A stretch of DNA of 36,934 nt, from positions 1-36,934 of the forward strand of contig JAUCBJ010006356.1 of assembly GCA_032718475.1 (NCBI GenBank), given 5' to 3'. Under the pieces are notes generated by a model. It made no database searches. It saw nothing but the letters and a program-made list of their open reading frames with translations, and had not been told where the DNA came from. This stretch comes from Nemertoderma westbladi. Lineage: Eukaryota; Animalia; Xenacoelomorpha. This document shows, piece by piece, positions 12,101 through 22,226 of this stretch; position 1 is the stretch's first letter, and each line of letters starts with the position of its first letter. Both the position numbers and the translations under genes were made by a program.

Positions 12101-13560
12101 GGCCAGAAGTAGATAGGCCTATACCGGTACCAGCACAGCAGTATGACTACAGCATGCAAGGGCATAACACATACCCAGGGGAGGGGGGGATTATTGCGGA
12201 TAGATGCATGGGCCCCAATGTATTAACATCAACCCCAGTACCAAACATACCGGTGGGGGGGACAGGTTGACATTCCCCCATCACAATATCAACAAGATAC
12301 CCCAATAGGAGTAAGAACATCGAACCCCTTGGATGAGAATAGATCGTGCGACACAGAAATATGGAGGGGGCCGCTACCCCCTATGATATATCCAAGTCAG
12401 AGGAAAGTGGCAAACAGGACGAACGGACCGCACCCAACGGGAGAAGCTATGCAACATCCATCGAACCCATTGGAAGCGCAAGCGATGGGGATGGCCACGT
12501 TAATTGAAGCACTAAAAACAAGGATCGAGTTACCACCCGTGGAACCATTCAAATTCGATGGAAGTAGGCTGGAAGAATACCTACAGTTTCGGCGCATGTA
12601 TAGTAACGAAATATTAACAAAGAATTTGACGCAGGCGGAGTGCCTAAAGTATCTGCAAGTATATACAGGGGGCCCAGCATACGACATCGTGAGGCAATAC
12701 CAGGGCATCGAGGGTGGCTTCACGACGGCATGGCGGGCGTTAGACAGGGAATACGGGCACCCGGCCAAGATCATCCGGCAGACCCTGAGAGGTATAACAT
12801 TGGGTGGCCTACAGGATAACCCCGTTAGCATAAAGACATTCGCTAACAAAGTCGAGAAGGCGCTAATCGTGCTAAAGACACTGGATACGCCATACGAACT
12901 CAACGCGTCCAACAACATCACTACGATAGCCCAGGCACTACTGATGTGGCTGCGCAATAAGTGGAGGAAAATCGCTTTCTCCACTCGAGATAGGAAGGGT
13001 GCGGAACCGGGTTTAGAAGAGATGTCAAGCTTCTTAAACTATGAAGCTGAACTTATAACAGACCCAGTCTACAGCGAAGATAGCCTGGGAAAGGGATCAA
13101 AGACCGATTATCACAGACCGAAACCAGAGCACAACGCGTCGAACGCATTGCCGAAGCTCAGACAATCACTGCCATACGCAGCGACGCAGGGGACTGCTAG
13201 TCCACAGGTAGCCGGGGGTAAGACCACATCATGGAGCGGACAGGGGAAAAATAACAACACAGACAAACATAACCCCAGTACGCCCAGTAGGCCGAAGCCC
13301 AAACAATAAGAATAGTAGGGACTTTGGTACAAATGCAACTGCGATATGCAATGCACTGTATAAGGACGGCTACGACCCAAAGAGCAAATGCCAGCTACAT
13401 ACAAATGCGCTTCATCAGACCATGAACTGCAGGTACTGGCAAGCGCTACCCAGGGAAGATCAGGTAGAATACGCGGCGAGAAATGAGATCTGCTCGCGAT
13501 GTGTGATGAGTGGACACAGAGCTAGACAATGCAAGGAAACGCCGATTAAGTTCGGTCAAA
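9178..13560 (+). pseudogene. gag: Long Gag region of the BEL/Pao element, broken by stops and frameshifts
   Basis: ORF pieces 9178-10551 (E/R-rich coiled coil), an in-frame Asn-rich continuation to ~10815, 10942-11940, and 12329-13309. The last piece has BEL/Pao Gag core motifs (IELPPVEPFKFDGS, LKYLQVYTGGPAYDIV, AWRALDREYGHP). Cys-His fingers follow (CQLHTNALHQTMNC; CSRCVMSGHRARQC). Confidence 0.85.
10974..11220 (+). repeat. 60-bp coding tandem repeat (EGLVGHxVSRQEVAGLSQPE) ~4.5 copies within Gag
   Basis: Units align in the rows starting 10981, 11041, 11101 and 11161; the last unit is truncated. Confidence 0.9.
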
Positions 13561-13599
13561 GTAAAGGCCAGACGATGGCAACGAGCACCGTGGGAGCAA

Positions 13600-14120
13600 A
13601 GAAGAGAGGAACGGTACTACTTGGGGTAGTACCAGTGCGAGTGATCGGGGAAGGCAATCGATCAGTGACCACACTGATGCTGGTCGACAGTGGAGCAGCC
13701 TTCACACTGGTCGAGAGTTGGGTGGCCGATGAGATAGGATTGAGAACGAGGCCAAGTAGAATGGCGGTGACAACCATCTCCAGCAGAGATGAAGTCCTGG
13801 AGATGAGGACCGGATGGTGCACGATAGCAGCGGTGGCACCGGGATGCGACTATGGGGCGACCATCGACCCCATCCAGGTGATAGACTCGATAAATATCAA
13901 CGCCAGGCGACCAACCAACATCGAGGTCGAACAATATAGATTCCTGGACAGTATCGACTTCTCAATCCCAGAGGTGGACGTTAGGAAGGTATCCATCATA
14001 GTAGGAATGGACTGCCCGACGCCCCACGAGAGAATACAAACGGTCTTCGGCGAAGACAGGCAGCGTGACCCGGTGGCAATTTTAACACCATTCGGGTGGA
14101 CGCTAACCGGCCCAATCAAA
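13600..14120 (+). CDS. BEL/Pao aspartic protease domain (within ORF 13422-14969)
   Basis: TVLLGVVPVRV, catalytic LVDSGA, IIVGMD, and the BEL/Pao-typical downstream PVAILTPFGWTLTGP. Confidence 0.88.
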
Positions 14121-14439
14121 ACCAATATACCATTCCATGTGTCTGAGAGTTCAGGGTGCATGGTGCTAGGGACTGTTGAAGGGGTAGAGGAGAGGCCAGA
14201 GACGGGCGATAAGGGGAGACAGCTAGAAGTGGAAGCAACACCAAGGGAGTGGGCGGAGGAGAATGGCTTGGATGCAGAAGATTTAGAGACAATGGGTTGG
14301 AACAAGGGTCCCAGCAAGTATCGGTATGGAGATGGAGAGGAGCGGACGGCGAGATGTCCGGAGGACAAACCGGAGGAGTGTCCGGTGGAGTGTCAGGGGG
14401 ACAATAGTACGGAGGAGTGTCTGGAGGAGTGTTCAGAGG

Positions 14440-14969
14440 AGTGTCCGGAAGAGACAACGGTCCGGTTGAGAGGCATACCGACAAGGGGGAGGCCGAGTAA
14501 GAAGACAAGGTGGAAAGGGAGAAGATGTGAGATGGTTAGACCAGGGGCAGAGAAGCCTAAGAGTAAAGATAATAAAGGAGTCAGGAAAGTAGGAGGCGTG
14601 TTGCATACGCACGCGGAACCGACAGAGTGCAAGGGGGCATTACATGGGCAGACGTCGTGTATACCGAAGGACGAACGGGGGTCGTCGAGGCCTTTAATGC
14701 CAGCGCACATACTAAGGGGGAGGCCAGCAGAGGCGGCATATAAGAGTAAGGATGACAACAGGGGCGGCATAATACCGCCGAACGACAAGTTGAAGGGTGG
14801 CACTTTGCCGCCAAGGGACGACCACGAGAAAATCAGTAATACAGAGAGCAGACAGCATTTCCCAAATGTAAAGACAAGAGAGAAGGGACAAGAAGAATTG
14901 ACAAGGAGAGTGGGGCAGAGAATTAGAGGACCTATAGGGGGGGGCAGTGGGAGAGTTGCTTGCTGGTAG
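14440..14969 (+). pseudogene. Highly degenerate remnant of the BEL/Pao integrase C-terminal half, still in frame with protease
   Basis: In the expected order: RWKGRRCEMVRP (cf. WxGGxWERMVRS), SRPLMPAHILRG (cf. SRPL...LTPAHFLIG) and QHFPNVKTREKG (cf. EYLPTLQxRxKW). Resemblance judged by eye only. Confidence 0.5.
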
Positions 14970-15231
14970 AACCGCCCTTAGGTCGCTGAGTCGTCCAACA
15001 AGTTGGACTGAGGCGGGGCGAAGGTGAAAGAGTTAAATCCATAGAGGTGCGGTAGGAAGTATACTCTGCTAGAGGGGGCACCTTGAGTTAAAGAGTGCTT
15101 TTAGTGGAGTTTAGTCATCCAAGTTTTGGACTGAGGGGGGTGGGATTGAGGGCGAGACGCCCTTCCCACACAACTAAAATAAAAATAAAAAAAAATAATA
15201 AAAAGAGAAAGTCTTAGAATAGTACATAATA

Positions 15232-15580
15232 GGTACGCAGTAGTAGGTAGAAGTTAGTTAGTAAGAGGGTACGTAGTACCGTCAGTAGGTAGAAGCTAGG
15301 TAGAAGGTACGTAGTACCGGCTAGTTAGTTAGTAAGAGTTAGAGTTAGTAAGAGGGTACGTAGTACCGGTTAGTTAGTTGGAAAGAGTTAGAGTTAGTAA
15401 GAGGGTACGTAGTACCGTTAGTTAGTTAGTGGAGTTAGAGGTTAGTAAGAGGGTACGTAGTACCGTTAGTTAGTTAGTGGAGTTAGAGGTTAGTAAGAGG
15501 GTACGTATTACCGTTAGTTAGTTAGAGAGAGTTAGAGGTTAGCAAGAGGGTACGTAGTACCGGTTAGTAAGAGTAAGAGG
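15232..15580 (+). repeat. Tandem array of 7 GGTACGTAGTACC hairpins with (GTTA)n/TAG-rich linkers, ~48-49 bp period
   Basis: Hairpin cores start at 15268, 15306, 15355, 15404, 15452, 15500 (variant) and 15549, plus a degenerate one at ~15232. Confidence 0.9.
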
Positions 15581-16059
15581 TAGAAGGGTATATATATAAT
15601 AGGCATTAGTTAGTAGTTAGTAGCGAGAGGGGGGCATATGAGTACAGCTGGATAAATCGTGTAGGCCACACGATGCATACTGTTGTACTGCACAAGCCCA
15701 CAGAGTAGGCCAGAATGTGGATTATGAAATAGAATAATCCATTGGCAATAACAAGTAATAGCACAGTAGTAGGATTGAATTAAATTAAAATATAAAATAA
15801 AATATGGCTAAGAAAATTAACAAATTATGGTAACAGTAGCAAGAAAGTTCTGGAACATAATTAAAGTAACTGACAAAATTGTAATTTAGGCTACAATTTG
15901 GTAGCTTCAGGAATCAAGTAGTGAAATTTAGGCTAATTAACTTAGTAATCCAGAGGGAGATAGGCCATCGAACTGAAATAAACCATCTTAACCTATCACT
16001 CATCCTTTGCGCCTTGGTAAGGCACCACCCAACGGGTGAGCGATCGGGCAGAGTTCGAG

Positions 16060-18622
16060 ATGGCAAGCAAACTTGTGCGAAAGAGAAAGGCGGAGCTAGG
16101 AGGAAAGGAGATACTGGTGGATTTCACCAAAAGGCATCCGGAAATGAAGACGAGGGGATACTATGAGCGGCTGGAGAGGGGTCACAAAGCGCGAGCGCTG
16201 CAGGACCATTTCAGGGAGGTGCACCAACAGCGACTGGTCGGGACCTACGGGACACCATCGTTGGACAACGCAATCTTCGGGCATTTCCACTATGTGATGA
16301 AAGGAGACGAGGCGAAGTTCGGGATTCCGAAGTACGCGAGGGAGCCGCCGGGGAAAGATTGGAAGAGGTTCGTAGAGTCCGTCAACAGGGGAAGATACAT
16401 GATCCTAGACGACGAAGGAACCGTGGAAGACGAGGAGGGTTCGAGGAGAGGATCGGCGGGATCGGCCAGAACCATACTCCTACATTTGGCTGCGCCAAAT
16501 GGGGATATTTTCCTATTCGACCTGGGAACGTATGGGAAGAAGGACGGGCCGAAGTTAAACCGGTTGCCGAAGGCGGTGCAAGTCCTAGTGAGAGAGAAGT
16601 CGACAACGAAAGTGGGATCGGCGATTCGCGATGACGCGGAGAGAATCATCGGTCTGGACACCCCCAACCTCCTGGATATGCAGACGGTCTTCATGGCTAT
16701 GACAGCACCAGACGGGTTGGGACTAGTCGAGAACACAGGCCATTGCAGAGCGGTGGCGATGGGCCAGCTATTGGGGCTCGTGTGTCACAAACCAATGGAC
16801 TGGGGGAAGTTCAGAGAAGAGTACGGAGCAGAATTAGCGAACTCGCTGAAGTGGGGAGCGAGGCCGGGGAAACAAGAGGTGTATCAATTCCGGAGAGGAG
16901 CGATAAAGGTATATCAGAAGCGATATATCCTGCAGGAGGACTGGATAATGATAGGTTTGCTTAACCTATTCATGACCGTGGTTATCGAGAGGGAACCAAC
17001 GCATTCCTATTATCGGGATCACCCCTAAACTTCAGAAGAGCCTTTAAGATGGCTTTCGTGGGTCTGGTAGACCACCCGGGGCTGAAGGGCGAGTCGGTGT
17101 ACTACAACAGCCGACATCTGGTAGACGGGGAGATAGATACGCTGTATCAGAGATGGGAGGAGCTAGAGACGGATAGATGAGAGGCGAAGCGACTGGAAGA
17201 AGTCGCTAGGCGGGAGAGGAGAGAAGCAGAGGAAAGGGAGGAGGAAGCTAGGGCACAAAGCTACGACTTCGAGGAACAGGCGGGTTTAGACGAACTTCGT
17301 TGGACCTCATCAGGGAGTTCGGGGGAGTCTCTAGGGCGAGAACTAGGATGGACGGTGGGATCACCGAAACAGTCGATGTCGGGATTGCAGACGACGCCCA
17401 TACCAGCGGGCGCCGAGGGCGACCAGCCATTAAGGAGACTAGGGGAGCTAGAAGGATGGAAAGCTACGGGCGAGAGCCAAGACGCGAAGGGACATAGTGG
17501 GTCCACCGGGATACCGGGGCTGGAGCCACTCCCAGAGGAGGACGAGGCGACTAGTTCGGGGAGATGCCGCCCATCGGGAGGATCGGCCACTCGGACACGG
17601 ACTGGGTTGGTGGGAGGGTGGTGATGGCCAGTGGGGCGAGGGCCTTCTGGGATAGACCTGGCAAGCGGGCTTTTGTGCATGAGGAGCCGGCGATGGATTT
17701 CGCGGGGAGCACTATCAGGTTGGGCGAGCAACCGGGGACGGCACCACGGGTAGTATTCGGGGAGACTATGCCCGAGAGGGGCGAGGAGATCGACGTAGAT
17801 AGGGACGCTAACATCCGGAAGTTCGCTTACCAGCGACTCCACAGACCGCGGAGATCGCTTGGGACGAAAGACGACGTGGGGTGGGAGACATTGGTGCTCG
17901 GCTGTGACTACTGTGGGAGACAGACCCATCAGGAAAGGAGCTGTTTGTACCGGTTCCAGAAAGGGACTAGTTGTCTCTACTGCCGCGAGTCGAGCCACAG
18001 GATGGGGGCGTGTCCACGGTTGCATAACCGATGTTCGAAGTGTAACTTTCAGGGACATTACGGACGCCAGTGCGACTGGATGGACGACAAAGAGAAGTTT
18101 AAGATCTTCGAGGAGTGGGCCGACGTCGGGGCGATGACTCGGCAACGTATGAAGGCCCAGGAGTTCCGGTGGGGCTTCTTTAACATCAATCAGGAGGCTC
18201 ACATGGAGATTATCAAACGGAGGCTTCCGTTTACCTACCAGGAAGTGGCGACGGCGGCATCGTATGCCAGAGTGATAAATACCCAGAGGTATTTAGATAG
18301 GTGGACGCCACAGAACAGATGAGAGTTCAGGGATTTCTTGGCGGAACATGTGCCGCGGGCAATGAAGATGATCCTATGGGACGCCACCAGGGGGAGACAA
18401 CAGGGCCACTCGGAGGGGCCACCCGCGAAGCGATATCGGGAGCTAATAACACCAGCACCCAAGGAGTCGACGACTGGGATCAGTAAGGAGGTGGCGGCGA
18501 GAGTCCGAAGCCAGAAAGCAGACAAGATCAAAGGAGCGGCAGTGACCAAGAAACGACCAAGGGAGGAGGACGACAGAGGGAAAGACTTGAGGTGGTTCCC
18601 AAAGGCAGGTGGAACGAACTAA
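16060..18622 (+). pseudogene. Cargo gene of the LTR element: DEDDy-like 3'-5' exonuclease + coiled coil + 3 CCHC zinc knuckles + basic tail (~850 codons, disrupted)
   Basis: ExoI YMILDDEG (D 16408, E 16414), LLHLAAPNGDIFLFDL, LPKAVQVLVREKSTTKVGSAIRDD (ExoII), LLDMQ, and ExoIII-like QKRYILQED resemble WRN/EXD/RNase D exonucleases. Frameshifts at ~17025 and ~17300. ORFs 17300-17497, 17564-18322 and 18338-18622 share one frame, separated by TAG/TGA stops. Three CX2CX4HX4C motifs at 17903-18073. Confidence 0.8.
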
Positions 18623-19268
18623 GACTTCGGTGTAACATGCCTGGAAGGCACCACGCGAGACGTGCGAACTCCTAAGTACGAATTCAAAGTAATTTAAATA
18701 ATTGAAAAGTGCAATTAGTAGGTACGTATGTAGTAATCATTATTAGTTTAGCAAAATATAATCGAAGTAAGTACTATAGTCATTCAACCTTTTCCAATTA
18801 GCTACTGCACTGGGGGACGACTGACTATGACGAACGGGACACTGGACGACATCACACTTCTTGAGTGCGACGGCACGGGAGGGGGGTGAAACTCGTCGGG
18901 AGTGAGTGGGAGAGATAGGGGTTGAGTTGTAGTGTGGAGAGAGTGCGGGTGCAATTCAAGTGTGGGGGTGGGGGAGGAATAAGAGGCTGACTGAGGGACA
19001 GGGAAGTCCGAAAGTTAGAGCGGAAGTGAGGAGAAGTAGAGGAGAGTCAGGGTGAGAACGGAGTAGAGTTAGTGGTGAAAGTGTTGGGGAAACAAAAGTC
19101 GTGTGAGAGGAGCGCACGATCGGCCCGACACGGGACGCCAGGTAAACAGGGTAGCGATATCATACCCATAGGGGGCGGTCTGGAAAGCCGACTCCGGAAA
19201 AAAAATAGTTCTACCCCACACTCGACACTAGGTCGAGATCCAGCGGAATTGTAGCGCACTAGAGGTGG

Positions 19269-19307
19269 ATGCTATCTTCTTACCGGGAAGATAGCATGGG
19301 GGGGGAG
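19269..19307 (+). promoter_or_regulatory. 11-bp hairpin followed by the polypurine tract
   Basis: ATGCTATCTTC (19269-19279) / GAAGATAGCAT (19287-19297), then GGGGGGGGAG (19298-19307) abutting the 3' LTR. Confidence 0.85.
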
Positions 19308-19884
19308 TGTTAGCGTATTCAATTCCGCTAGCCAGGCCCACAGAGAGCTGGGTTTTAAGCAATATTGGAACTACAAGGTTGATTACCAATCAACCTTGTA
19401 TCACCCCAATAAGCGGGGACAATAGGCCCCAAGGGAACACACACAGCGGGGGTCAGAGGTTATACCTCCGGGAGAGAGAGAGAGATGGCAGCGGGGGGGA
19501 AGCACACCCAGGGGATAGAAGGGTGACAAGTGAGTTATTAGCCAATGGGGGGAAGGCATCGGCTGAGTAGTGTAATGCGGCCAACCGTGCAATATATTAC
19601 CAGCTACCATGTCATTTAGTTCAGTTATCTCATTCAGTCAGTCGGTTCAGTTAGGGCAGAGCGGTGACTTATAATACCGTCCACTGCCGCCATCATTCAG
19701 TTCATTTATATCTCATTCATAATAACTGCGTTTGTGCTTATCCTATTTTATATTACCAGCTACCATCGTCAACAATATTAGAACTCGTAATCTGACATTA
19801 AATCGCTTTTCATTCACACGGCGGGGACGCGTAATTAAAGAACCAAAACCGGATAAACCGGGATCCTCCGTAGATCCCGTCACA
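19308..19884 (+). repeat. 3' LTR (577 bp)
   Basis: Near-identical to 8524-9095 and followed by the TSD CAGGA. Confidence 0.97.
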
Positions 19885-20059
19885 CAGGATAAACATTGCA
19901 TTACTGATTATTAATAAATGATTCAAATTACCTAAATATTTACATGAAACAGTGATTACAGTATCATCTCGCATTTCCAATACCATACAGTATTCACAGG
20001 CCCATTAATTAAGTTGTACTTTAGAGTTCTATTCAGTTTGTTGTTTATTTAGTTTATAT

Positions 20060-20452
20060 TCGAATTCAGACTTTTCGGGATTTCCGGGATCGGGACCGGG
20101 ATTATTCCTCTCGAGATCCCGTTTTACGGGATCGGTATTGCAATTTTGGATTAAATTCATCAAAGTTAATAGTATATGAGGCAGGTTTTCAGTAACACTC
20201 ACTTTATTTTACACTTCTGAAATATTTGTAAGATAAAGTTATATTAAAATTATCTTGTAATTGATTACTGGATGGTTTACTGAAATAAAAATTAGATATA
20301 ATCAAAACATTTCCGTTCTGCTGGAACTTTTTTTTAGATGTTCAACAAATTTATTTAACCATTTAAACTTCGGGATCCCGTTTCAAAAAAGTCGGAATCG
20401 GGATTCGATATTTCGCTGGGATCCCGGTTTTTCGGTTTTTTTTAAACATTAG
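20060..20452. mobile_element. Probable MITE with cgggatcccg-rich subterminal repeats, nested in the hAT element
   Basis: Clusters of cgggat/atcccg motifs at ~20075-20135 and ~20370-20430 flank an AT-rich core. Ends and TSD not resolved. Confidence 0.45.
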
Positions 20453-20547
20453 TGCATTGATGAAGCCAGAAGTCTTCCGATTGTTTAAATATAAAATCTG
20501 ATTTAAATAAAAAAATCTGATTTAAATAAGAAAAAAGTGATTTAAAT

Positions 20548-20927
20548 GGGTGACTACAAAACAAAGACCAAAGACCTAAATAATAAAGACCTGCATAATC
20601 TTTGAAACATGTGTTAACTTTCGTTTATTGTTTTGGTTCCCCCAACAAGCCTCTGTAACATGCTCCTTTACTAACCTGTTCCTTAAAGCAATGTAACCTA
20701 ACGCTCTTTGGCACCTGTACAAAACAAAGATATAAAGTCGCGTTACGTCCTAAAGGGGATTAGTTCCCATTGCCATATAGCGTTAGGTCCCATTGCCATT
20801 TACAGGAGCAGGTTAGTAAAGGAGCAGGTTACAGAAACGTGTTTGGGGAACCAAAACAATAAACGAAAGTTAACACATGTGTTTCATACAGGTCTTTGTT
20901 ATTTGGGTCTTTGCTTTTTAGTCACCC
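20548..20927. mobile_element. Mutator(MULE)-like MITE with ~150-bp TIRs
   Basis: GGGTGACTA...TAGTCACCC termini, long inverted arms, and a 9-bp TSD GATTTAAAT (20539-20547 and 20928-20936). Related fragments at ~2135-2180 and ~25267-25315. Confidence 0.85.
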
Positions 20928-21031
20928 GATTTAAATGAAAAAAAATCTGATTTAAATCAAATAAATCTGATTTAAACAAAAAAAAATCTGATTTTTTTGA
21001 TTAAAAAAAATCATGATTTTTATCAACCCTG

Positions 21032-22110
21032 CACCCATGACATTTGCTAGATCATCCGCTTCTTCAAGGCCAGTGTCCTTTAAGATGCGTCTCAAGAAAG
21101 TCATGAGCTGTCCACCATGCTTATTCAGTCCATGAGGCTGCCAAAGTATAAGTTTATGCACTGGCTGGTCCTCACGGGAAAGCAATGTCCTGCAAAGCGG
21201 AGGCGATTTTGTTCTAGTGTCAAGCTTGGGGGAACCAATGAGACACCTCCAATGTTATATAGTGTCTGGTTGGAGATGTGTGCATTGTACTTGACACAAT
21301 GTACCCGGCGTAGCATTCTTGTGAATGTGCCATCCAGAGATTTGGTGTCCTCAGCAGTTAGAGCCCAACATGGACTCTCATAGAGAGGTACTGGAACTAC
21401 TGCTGCTCTAAATAATCGGACCTTAAGTTTCCGATTAATTCTCGGTGACTTCCAAATCCTGCAAAGCATATTCAAGGCTGCCCAATGCTTTCCCTTACGT
21501 ATTCGAAGGTCCTCATCTGACTTCCGGATCCATGATCCCAGGTAACAGAAGTCGTCCACATGCTCAAGCATACCATCCTTTGAGCTTATGCTCATCCGAT
21601 CAGAGACTTGCTGAGGACTTTCAAAGTTAACTGTCAAAATGTTGGTCTTTCTGGAGTTAATAAAAAGACCAACACTAGAAGCAGCATGTTCTAATGAGCT
21701 GAGGAGCCGTTGGGCTCCCTCTAGTGATTCTGAGAGTACTCCTAAGTCATCAGCAAAGTCTAGATCAGTTAGGTACTTGGCAGGATTTCCTCGACTTCTG
21801 GAGCCAGTAGGTGGAGTTATCATCACCCCATCATCATTATGATGATCTAAGGACGTGCGTAGGACATAGTCAACCACAATTATGAACAAGAATGGTGCTT
21901 CCAATGGTTCTCTGTCACCGTCAACAGTAGAGACAAATGTTGTCGAACCATCGTATACTGATCTGATTGCTGCAATAATTTCATCAGGAATCCCATATAA
22001 TGAAAGTATGCTGAACATACGTGAGAGAGAGACTGTATCAAAGGCCTTGAAAAAGTCAACAAAGATAACAGCCAGATGACTATCTTTTCTTTTTTGATAA
22101 CTCTTCAATT
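21032..22110 (-). mobile_element. 5'-truncated RTE-clade LINE, RT and C-terminal region (defective)
   Basis: AVIFVDFFKAFDTV, APFLFIIVVDYVLR, LDFADD, FCYLGS and RLRFAGHC. The GVLQGDTL motif is deleted relative to the copy at 34625-35580. Confidence 0.92.
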
Positions 22111-22226
22111 ATCCTTCGGGTATCCTATGGGCTCCGAATTGGCCGAATGCCAAAATAAGGATCACGAGACGAATTACAGAAATGCTGAAATGTTTGATCT
22201 TGTTTAAACACTTAGTTAGTAGGCCT

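Larger units (their letters stand above)
8524..19884 (+). mobile_element. BEL/Pao-type LTR retroelement, non-autonomous (no RT/RNase H), with exonuclease-zinc knuckle cargo gene
   Basis: Two LTRs with TGT...ACA ends, 5-bp TSD CAGGA (8519-8523 and 19885-19889), PPT before the 3' LTR, and BEL/Pao-type Gag and protease motifs. Confidence 0.95.
8406..21031. mobile_element. hAT-type non-autonomous DNA transposon hosting the LTR element and other MITEs
   Basis: TIRs CAGGGTTG (8406) and CAACCCTG (ending 21031). Perfect 8-bp TSD CACCCATG at 8398-8405 and 21032-21039. Subterminal gatttaaat/aaaatc repeats at both ends. Confidence 0.9.

Noticed and set aside
15232-15580. CRISPR-like array (palindromic repeat plus spacers)
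   Set aside because: The linkers are near-copies of each other rather than unique spacers, the core is only 13 nt, there are no cas genes, and the context is eukaryotic.
9125-18549. Many minus-strand ORFs (S/L/P/F-rich) across the LTR element
   Set aside because: Antisense shadows of purine-rich plus-strand coding sequence.
16036-18622. env gene at the usual third-ORF position
   Set aside because: No signal peptide, fusion-protein cysteine pattern or C-terminal TM anchor; the motifs fit a nuclease and zinc knuckles.
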